Below, one piece after another: positions 8,903-15,187 of a stretch of DNA of 64,000 nt. The number at the start of each line of letters is the position of its first letter. The stretch's first letter is position 1. The DNA comes from Candidatus Woesebacteria bacterium. GTDB lineage: Bacteria; Patescibacteriota; Microgenomatia; UBA8517. The DNA lies in NCBI GenBank assembly GCA_016432365.1, contig CP066686.1:64355-128354 (forward strand). Direction: 5' to 3'. The notes below the pieces were generated by a model. That model was not told the DNA's origin. It was given only the letters and a program-made list of their open reading frames with translations, and made no database searches. Made by a program: the position numbers and the translations under genes.

Positions 8903-9766
8903 ATGACACAAGATACGATCAAAAATCTGCTTCCCAAATTCATAGAGTCCCTTAAATCTAAAGGGCGCTCCCCTGCTACCGTGCTTGCCTATAGAAGCGA
9001 CCTTGAACAGCTTACCGGCTATTTGTTAAAAAGAGAAAGAGCTACTCCAGATCAGGTAAAGCCTGAGGATTTAGACTCGTTCCGTGACCAACTTTTGGCT
9101 GACAAGTACACACCCAAATCCGTCAGCCGCAAACTAAATGCCGTAAAAACATTCTTTAGGTGGATGATTACAGAAAATGCTATTAGCTTTGATCCAAGCT
9201 CTTCGGTTGCCCACCCTAAGATTGACAATGCCTTACCCAAATTCCTTTCACAGCTTGAGTATAGGGCCCTTCGCGACGTTGTAAGAAACGATGTTAGAAT
9301 TGCTGCTATTGTCGAACTTATCCTACAAACAGGTCTTAGAATCTCTGAGGTCGCCAATCTTAAACTTGAACGTTCCAAAGATGGTTCGCTTAAGATTGAG
9401 TCTTATGCTACCCAGCCGGAAAGAACAGCTCCTTTGAACAAACCGGCTCAGGAGGTTCTTGATTCTTATATGAAGATAAGACCTAAATCGGATTCTCCCT
9501 ATGTTTTTATCAGCAAAAACGGTAAACCACTGGCAGTAAGAAACATCAGAGCGTCAATTTCCAGATATATGCAAAGGGCAGAACTTCCAAATTATTCTGT
9601 AAATGACTTAAGGACCACGTTTATGGTGGAAAATCTCAAAGCAGGGGTAGATATTGTCCTTCTTTCTCAAGTTTCCGGACACAAACGTCTTTCTACCACA
9701 GAAAGGTATTTGGAACTTGCACAAATAACCGAGCCTGGTAAAAAACAGGTCTTAGTTGAGCTGTAA
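8903..9766 (+). CDS. Tyrosine site-specific recombinase/integrase (XerC/XerD family)
   Basis: It has an N-terminal SAM-like core-binding domain (LAYRSDLEQLTGYL) and a C-terminal catalytic domain with GLRISEVANLKL, the HxxR region and RYLEL (catalytic Tyr). Confidence 0.85.
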   Translation: MTQDTIKNLLPKFIESLKSKGRSPATVLAYRSDLEQLTGYLLKRERATPDQVKPEDLDSFRDQLLADKYTPKSVSRKLNAVKTFFRWMITENAISFDPSSSVAHPKIDNALPKFLSQLEYRALRDVVRNDVRIAAIVELILQTGLRISEVANLKLERSKDGSLKIESYATQPERTAPLNKPAQEVLDSYMKIRPKSDSPYVFISKNGKPLAVRNIRASISRYMQRAELPNYSVNDLRTTFMVENLKAGVDIVLLSQVSGHKRLSTTERYLELAQITEPGKKQVLVEL

Positions 9767-10334
9767 CTGGCCCAATTGGACTAATTAGTCCAAATTTGCC
9801 AAATTTGTTTTCCCTACGCTTCTTATACAGGTTTTCTTTAAATCCCCCTTCTTGAACGAATTTTTGTTCTTTTGCTCTAATAAGTTGGTCCAGTAAATAA
9901 CCCTGTTTCATACATAAACAAATCATTAGATTTGCAAAGTTTTCTGCGTTGTTGTAATCCAAATTGGTCCACTTTGACAAATCAGACAAATTTGTTTCTG
10001 TTCCAATCGTCTCCTTAAAACTTCTGATTTTTAAGACTCTTGGGTCGTTTTTATCCCAAATTGGCAAATGTCTTTGCCTTAAATAATCTTCAAAGTCTTC
10101 TGAAAGTTCAGAATAAGAGGCTCTACTAACACTGGTTAGCATCATTTCCGAGGCCGATGAAATTTCCTTAGATCCCTCAACTATATTTTGTTTACCACTT
10201 CTCCCGGCCTGGACCATTTGTTCAACAGTTCTTTTGAATTTCAAGTCAGACAAGTACCGGTCGCAGAAAACAACAGTGAAGTCGAATATCGTTACAGAAA
10301 GTCTGTAAACAAGAAGGTTTTTGTAGCCACCCAT
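9693..10334 (-). CDS. Four-helix-bundle family-like protein with a ~110-aa C-terminal extension (Avd/23S-IVS protein family?)
   Basis: The N-terminus (YRLSVTIFDFT...FKRTVEQMVQAGRSGKQNIVEG) aligns by eye to the four-helix-bundle protein at 40667..41029 (YKLSLLIYKLT...SQIRRAVISIPSNIAEG). Its 3' end overlaps the recombinase gene convergently. Confidence 0.4.
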   Translation of the reverse strand: MGGYKNLLVYRLSVTIFDFTVVFCDRYLSDLKFKRTVEQMVQAGRSGKQNIVEGSKEISSASEMMLTSVSRASYSELSEDFEDYLRQRHLPIWDKNDPRVLKIRSFKETIGTETNLSDLSKWTNLDYNNAENFANLMICLCMKQGYLLDQLIRAKEQKFVQEGGFKENLYKKRRENKFGKFGLISPIGPVTAQLRPVFYQARLFVQVPNTFLW

Positions 10335-10383
10335 ATAACCAAGTTAGACTAATTAGCCTAATTGGTCAAATTAGAACTTTTTG

Positions 10384-10577
10384 TGGTCTCGGATGGAATC
10401 GAACCATCGTGTCGACTTTATGTTAGTAAATTCTGGTGGAGCCGGATGGAGTCGGACCATCGAATCGACTTTATAAGAGTCGTGGCTTACCGTTAACCTA
10501 CGGCTCCCCAGAATTCACTAACAGTCAAGGCAAAGCCTTGTCATAAGAGTCGTGTCCTACCATTGAACGACGAGACC
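10384..10577 (-). tRNA. Interrupted (split/intron-containing) tRNA whose ~120-nt insert carries the complete tRNA above
   Basis: The 5' half is at 10577..~10543 (acceptor GGTCTCG, D-arm GTTCAATGGTAGGAC, anticodon stem CGACU + CUUAU). The 3' half is at ~10420..10384 (AGUCG, T-arm GATGGTTCGATTCCATC, acceptor CGAGACC complementary to the 5' half, discriminator A). The insert has a CAAGGC-TTT-GCCTTG hairpin and 13-bp inverted repeats (TGTTAGTGAATTC / GAATTTACTAACA) flanking the inner tRNA. Confidence 0.5.
10434..10507 (-). tRNA. tRNA with UAU anticodon (tRNA-Ile reading AUA), complete, CCA encoded
   Basis: Minus-strand cloverleaf: acceptor GGAGCCG/CGGCTCC, D-arm GGTTAACGGTAAGCC, anticodon arm CGACU-CUUAUAA-AGUCG, T-arm GATGGTCCGACTCCATC (T-loop TCCGACT, non-canonical at position 55), 3' ACCA. 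Confidence 0.65.
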
Positions 10578-10610
10578 AATGAGGCAATTATACCAAATAT
10601 ACGCGGAGAG

Positions 10611-10637
10611 ACTAGTTACTAGTAGCTAGCGACTAGT
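10611..10637. repeat. CTAG-rich palindromic intergenic repeat, copy 2 (actagttactagtagctagcgactagt)
   Basis: It overlaps the stop of the UGDH-like gene and lies next to the nested tRNA locus. Confidence 0.6.
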
Positions 10638-11477
10638 GGCTTTTTTAAATGCTTGTGGCATTTCTTCCCAATCACGGTGTTTCCTAACTTTGAGATTCTT
10701 TTTCCAAATAGCCTCAAGGGCAGAGACATCTACCTTTAATTTTTTGGCAAGACCCAGTATTCCCACCATATCTTTCGGGAAACACGCTCCCCCAAAGCCC
10801 ATATCGCCATCCGGCCCGGGAACCCCTAGGTGGGTTCCGATCCTAGGATCTGATTCAACCGCTTTTTGAACATCTAAATAATTTGCTCCGACCTTTTTAG
10901 ACAATTCATAAAATTCATTCGCCAAGAGGACTTTGCTGGCCAACATCAAATTGCTCATATATTTGATTACTTCTGCGCTTGTAGTATCGGTAACGACGTA
11001 TGGCTGATTCTTTGGAAGAATTGTTTTATAAATTTTTATCACCTTTAAAGCAACATCTTTTGATTCTGCCCCAATTACTGTTCGAGAGGGATTAAGAAAA
11101 TCACGGTTTGCGTTCTTTTGGGTGAGAAACTCGGGATTCATGACAAAGTTAACTCCGGGATATTTTTTGACCAAACTTTTTGCTGTTCCGGGAAGCGAAG
11201 TTGACTTGATAATAAGTATTTTAGACGTCCCCGATATTTTGGGAGCGATCTGATCAACCACACCGATAACTATACTCATGTCCATACCACTATAATCTTC
11301 AAATATTGGCGTTGGAACACAAATAAAAATAAAGTCTGACTTTTTTACAACCTCGTCCAAGGTATTTGGAGATTCTTTGAATTTATCAAACCAAAAGACT
11401 TTATTCTTCGGATTTGAAGAAAAACCCTCCCCGGTTGCGCGCCCTACAAAACCGTAGCCGATAACGCCAATATTCAT
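10626..11477 (-). CDS. UDP-glucose/GDP-mannose dehydrogenase family protein, unusually short (283 aa, lacks the usual C-terminal domain)
   Basis: It has the N-terminal Rossmann motif MNIGVIGYGFVGRA and the catalytic-Cys motif GGACFPKD. Confidence 0.6.
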   Translation of the reverse strand: MNIGVIGYGFVGRATGEGFSSNPKNKVFWFDKFKESPNTLDEVVKKSDFIFICVPTPIFEDYSGMDMSIVIGVVDQIAPKISGTSKILIIKSTSLPGTAKSLVKKYPGVNFVMNPEFLTQKNANRDFLNPSRTVIGAESKDVALKVIKIYKTILPKNQPYVVTDTTSAEVIKYMSNLMLASKVLLANEFYELSKKVGANYLDVQKAVESDPRIGTHLGVPGPDGDMGFGGACFPKDMVGILGLAKKLKVDVSALEAIWKKNLKVRKHRDWEEMPQAFKKATSR

Positions 11478-11515
11478 GGGTCAAGTATAACAAGTAGAAA
11501 AAGTATTACAAGAGT

Positions 11516-13849
11516 TTACAGCTTCGCACGACGGGTTATCTCAGCCTCGACCAATTTCTCATCGCGTCCATATTTAAGTCTACTCATTTCTTTTATAATT
11601 TCTGCAATTCGTTCGCTCTCAGCAGCCTTTTGTTTGCTCATGTCTTTCGTAAGGTCCATTGAAAAAGGAGGAACCGGTTCGTTATTAACGATAGTCTTGG
11701 CAAAAGCATGATAACGCTCAACATTAAGAAGATCGTCTTCTCCAAACACGGGCGCAAATTCATGAGCCAGATAATTAGCGTCTGTCACCCCAACCCTAAA
11801 GGCAACAATCGTACCAACGTTTCCAAAGACGGCGTTTTTAACCTCTTCCTCAACCTGACCTATAAACTGGTTGGCAACACAAAGCCCAAGGCGGTATTTA
11901 CGGGCCTCAGATAAAATTACTGCGAAATCCGGTGTAGCAAAATTCTGAAACTCGTCTACATAGAAATAAAAATCTCGCCTGTCCTTCATAGGCATGTCCA
12001 CCCTACTCATGGCGGCCATTAGAACCCGAGGAACAAGAATTAGTCCCAAAAAGTTTGAGTTTTCCTCCCCCAAACTTCCCTTTGCAAGATTAATTAAAAG
12101 AATTTTCCCTTCGTCCATAACTTTGCGCAAATCAAAAGAGCTTTGGGATTGCCCGATTATATTTCTAATTAATTTGTTTGTAACGAATCTTCCAAACTTT
12201 GATGTAATGTAATCCAAAACTTCTGACTTATGAAAGTCAGAAGTTTGAGCAATCTGGTCTGTCCAATAACGGCGGATAATCGGATCCTGAACTTTGGGCA
12301 ACAGTTCTTGTACAAATTTTGCATCTGTCAAAATTCTCATAATTTCTACAAATGTACTCCCCGGCTCATACATTGCCGTAAGCATGGCATTACGAACGGC
12401 GTGTTCAAATCTGGGTCCCACAATACCGGTCTTGTAAGGGTCAAAAAGTTTGTACATCATATTAATTACTGCCGTTGCTGCAAAATGTTTTTCGTCCTCG
12501 GTTCTGGCCTCAAGAAGATTAAGCCCCAAGGGCCGTTCCGTGTCGCTTGGATTAAAGTAGATTACATCTTCGGCCCTCTCCGGCGGAACCATCTTTAAAA
12601 TATCTTCAATAGCGTCACCGTGAGGGTCCATAAAGCAAACGCCCTTTCCCTCTTTTATATCCTGAATAACCATATCCTTCAAAATCTCAGACTTTCCGGT
12701 TCCGGTTTTTCCAATGATATATACATGCCTCATTCTGTCTTCATTGCCCAAAAACACGGGGCGCTTTATACCTCTGTAATTACTTACTCCCAGATATAGA
12801 CCGGTAGTCGGAATTTGCGCCGGAGCCGGAGCTGTTTTCGAATTTAACCAAAAAATATGAGGGGTAGTTATCTGTCTATTGGGAAAGTGAAAGATTGTGG
12901 CAAGTTCCTCGGAATTCAAAATTGACGAATGATTGCCAAAAAGATTGAACATTGGTTGATACCTGTAAAGAAAATCCTCCATAAACGATCCCTTTCTCCA
13001 TATTTTTCTGCTTTTGAGATTGTTCAGATCCCCTGCGAACTGGGCAAAAGCCCCTGCAATATTTGTTACGTGACTCTTTGCTGAATCTTCATCTAACGAA
13101 ACAACAACAATGCGTATTGAAGTTTCAAAACCGGGTTTTGCGATTTTGTTTTCAACAGCCTCTAGGGTTTTTGCAGGCGTAGAGTATTTGGCCTTTTCGG
13201 GATCGCTTTCTTGTTTTTTAGTGTCGGAAATAAATTTGCCACCTTCCTTTTGCCAATCGCTTTCGGCTGGCGAAATCAACACCTGTATAACAGCCGCCTC
13301 TTCAGGGCCCATTTTGGCAAGGGCCGAAGTGATTGCACTCATCGGGTCTGTTGGTAAATCTTTAAAAGTTTTAATGGGATAAAAATTACTCTTACCGAGC
13401 TGGAACGATTTGTACGCAACTCTTCCGTCTTTTGTAAAGACGTTGTATTCATCGATCTCTAATATCTCAGCGTCAGAATAGGCTCCGTTGATTTGTTTTT
13501 CTACTAAGTCCTTTATTTTTTTGGGGCACCAAACATAAAATCTTATATCCTCCTGTTTAGCAACGATCTCAAAAGAAATTGAAGGTTGGATTGAAAACTT
13601 TTGCTTCCAACCGCCCTTTTTTAGGGTATAAAGCGATGAAAAAAGCTGCTCCATCACATCAATCTTTGCTTCGTTGTTTCTAGGAAGCGCCACTTGGAGT
13701 AGGACCGAATCGATTGAAGACTCTTCTCTGTTCTTATGCTTAAAAAATATAAAAATAGCGTAACCCAAAGCCACGAGCAAAAAAATCAAAACAGCAATTC
13801 CAATTGCTGCCAACAGTATGCCGGTAAAATTTATTTGATCTATAAACAT
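11516..13849 (-). CDS. Membrane-anchored FtsK/HerA-superfamily ATPase (VirB4/TrbE- or VirD4-like, type IV secretion-like)
   Basis: It has an N-terminal TM helix, Walker A GKTGTGKS and Walker B YFYVDEFQNF; length is 777 aa. Confidence 0.5.
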   Translation of the reverse strand: MFIDQINFTGILLAAIGIAVLIFLLVALGYAIFIFFKHKNREESSIDSVLLQVALPRNNEAKIDVMEQLFSSLYTLKKGGWKQKFSIQPSISFEIVAKQEDIRFYVWCPKKIKDLVEKQINGAYSDAEILEIDEYNVFTKDGRVAYKSFQLGKSNFYPIKTFKDLPTDPMSAITSALAKMGPEEAAVIQVLISPAESDWQKEGGKFISDTKKQESDPEKAKYSTPAKTLEAVENKIAKPGFETSIRIVVVSLDEDSAKSHVTNIAGAFAQFAGDLNNLKSRKIWRKGSFMEDFLYRYQPMFNLFGNHSSILNSEELATIFHFPNRQITTPHIFWLNSKTAPAPAQIPTTGLYLGVSNYRGIKRPVFLGNEDRMRHVYIIGKTGTGKSEILKDMVIQDIKEGKGVCFMDPHGDAIEDILKMVPPERAEDVIYFNPSDTERPLGLNLLEARTEDEKHFAATAVINMMYKLFDPYKTGIVGPRFEHAVRNAMLTAMYEPGSTFVEIMRILTDAKFVQELLPKVQDPIIRRYWTDQIAQTSDFHKSEVLDYITSKFGRFVTNKLIRNIIGQSQSSFDLRKVMDEGKILLINLAKGSLGEENSNFLGLILVPRVLMAAMSRVDMPMKDRRDFYFYVDEFQNFATPDFAVILSEARKYRLGLCVANQFIGQVEEEVKNAVFGNVGTIVAFRVGVTDANYLAHEFAPVFGEDDLLNVERYHAFAKTIVNNEPVPPFSMDLTKDMSKQKAAESERIAEIIKEMSRLKYGRDEKLVEAEITRRAKL

Positions 13850-13857
13850 TTTTAGAA

Positions 13858-13890
13858 CCTAGATACTAGTATCTAGTTACTAGTATCTGT
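13858..13890. repeat. CTAG-rich palindromic intergenic repeat, copy 3; contains the perfect 18-nt palindrome ctagatactagtatctag
   Basis: It lies between the VirB4-like start and the upstream gene stop, followed by a cgggc-tta-gcccg hairpin. Confidence 0.65.
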
Positions 13891-14220
13891 CGGGCTTAGC
13901 CCGAGTATCTTCCAACCAAAATGCAATGCCTTTTTGATCACCCGCAGCCAAAATGCTCCCAGCCAAGTTGCCCCCGAAGTCGTATCCCCTTTAGACCAAG
14001 TTGTAAGCGTGGCCGGATCGGCCGGGGGTTGAACTGTAATTACTTGAGTCGGCGGAGTTTGAATTACGGGAGACCCCTTATCGTCGTTGACCTGAGCCTT
14101 AAAATTTTTCTGAACGACTTTAACCCCGCTTCCGGAAAGTGTTTCGGGAACAACAAACTCTTCCTGTCGTTCAACAACTTGAGGAACATCCGGTCTTAGT
14201 ATCTCAGGGGTGGCAGCCAT
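13873..14220 (-). CDS. Hypothetical protein (115 aa) upstream of the ATPase in the same operon
   Basis: An ORF whose stop codon lies inside the CTAG palindromic repeat; it has a Pro/Thr-rich middle region. Confidence 0.35.
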   Translation of the reverse strand: MAATPEILRPDVPQVVERQEEFVVPETLSGSGVKVVQKNFKAQVNDDKGSPVIQTPPTQVITVQPPADPATLTTWSKGDTTSGATWLGAFWLRVIKKALHFGWKILGLSPTDTSN

Positions 14221-14281
14221 AATGATTTATTTTACACTATATTTAGACTGTTTGAGACAGCTTTGTAGTATAATTTGCCAA

Positions 14282-14623
14282 ATGGAACCTGAAGAATTTT
14301 CGGAAAAAATAAAAAGTGGAAAACCGACCAAAACGAACCAAAACATGACTTTGCAAAAAGCTATCGATTTTGGAGAATATAATCCTGATTACCTCTCCAC
14401 CTTCCCCGAATGGGCCACCCTAAGCAAGCACGTCCAGTTCCAGTTTATTAAAACCGGGATAGAAAACCGTAGGAAACAGTTACTAATGCAATATGCAGAA
14501 ATAAGCAATGTCTTGGACTTTAGACTTAAGCCTGAATTAAAAGAAACGCTAGACAACATTCATAAACAGTTAAAAACGTTGGACGAAGTCTTCGAGAAAC
14601 TTTCGATGGAGTATTTTAAATGA
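14282..14623 (+). CDS. Hypothetical protein
   Basis: The track ORF is 14210..14623; an internal Met (MEPEEFSEKIKSG...) is the more plausible start. No motif was recognised. Confidence 0.3.
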   Translation: MEPEEFSEKIKSGKPTKTNQNMTLQKAIDFGEYNPDYLSTFPEWATLSKHVQFQFIKTGIENRRKQLLMQYAEISNVLDFRLKPELKETLDNIHKQLKTLDEVFEKLSMEYFK

Positions 14624-14626
14624 AAG

Positions 14627-15178
14627 TCATTTTGAAGTTTTCCAAAATTTTTCCTTGACCTTTGCTTTGAAGTTTTCTCTCCTCGCCATCATAAATAAAT
14701 AGTCAGATAGGCGATTTATATACATTATCGCCCCACTAGGTACTCTGTACTCTGTACTCTGTACTACCAAAGCGCGTTCAGCTCGGCGACAAATTGACCG
14801 GGCATAAAAGAGCTGTGAAGCTCGCGGTGTACCGCCGTAAAAAATAAAGTTTTTTTGGACGGGCAATTCCCCTTCCCATTTATCAATCTCTTTTTCCAGT
14901 TTTTTAGTTTTTGTTTTAGAAAATCTGAGGTTTGCCCCGGCAAGTATCGAGTTTATTGTAAATAAATTCCCCTGTATCTCTTCTATCTTTTTAATTCCAC
15001 TACTATCATTCGAATGATAGTAGTGTGATTTAATGACACCTAAAAAAGAATTTAACTCATCAATTGCCCCGATCGCTGCAATCTTGCAAGAATCTTTGCT
15101 GATTCCGATAAGCTGACCAGACTTTTTGTCAAAAACTTTTGTAATTCCTTTATCTCCTGTTTTTGTATAAATTGACAT
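14627..15178 (-). CDS. ATP:cob(I)alamin adenosyltransferase, PduO-type
   Basis: The N-terminal MSIYTKTGDKGIT matches the PduO/MMAB signature (YTxxGDxGxT); length is 183 aa. It sits directly downstream of the B12-dependent RNR. Confidence 0.8.
   Translation of the reverse strand: MSIYTKTGDKGITKVFDKKSGQLIGISKDSCKIAAIGAIDELNSFLGVIKSHYYHSNDSSGIKKIEEIQGNLFTINSILAGANLRFSKTKTKKLEKEIDKWEGELPVQKNFIFYGGTPRASQLFYARSICRRAERALVVQSTEYRVPSGAIMYINRLSDYLFMMARRENFKAKVKEKFWKTSK
14741..14771. repeat. Short tandem heptamer repeat (gtactct)x3 + gtacta
   Basis: A direct tandem array in the intergenic region downstream of the adenosyltransferase gene. Confidence 0.5.
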
Positions 15179-15187
15179 GAAGAAATA

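Noticed and set aside
10421-10542. Group I intron in the split tRNA
   Set aside because: The interruption is only ~120 nt, far below group I intron size. It lacks P/Q/R/S-like elements and instead contains a complete canonical tRNA cloverleaf.
14741-14771. CRISPR array
   Set aside because: It is only a 7-nt unit repeated about four times in tandem with no spacers. No cas genes or longer repeat-spacer structure exist anywhere in the window.
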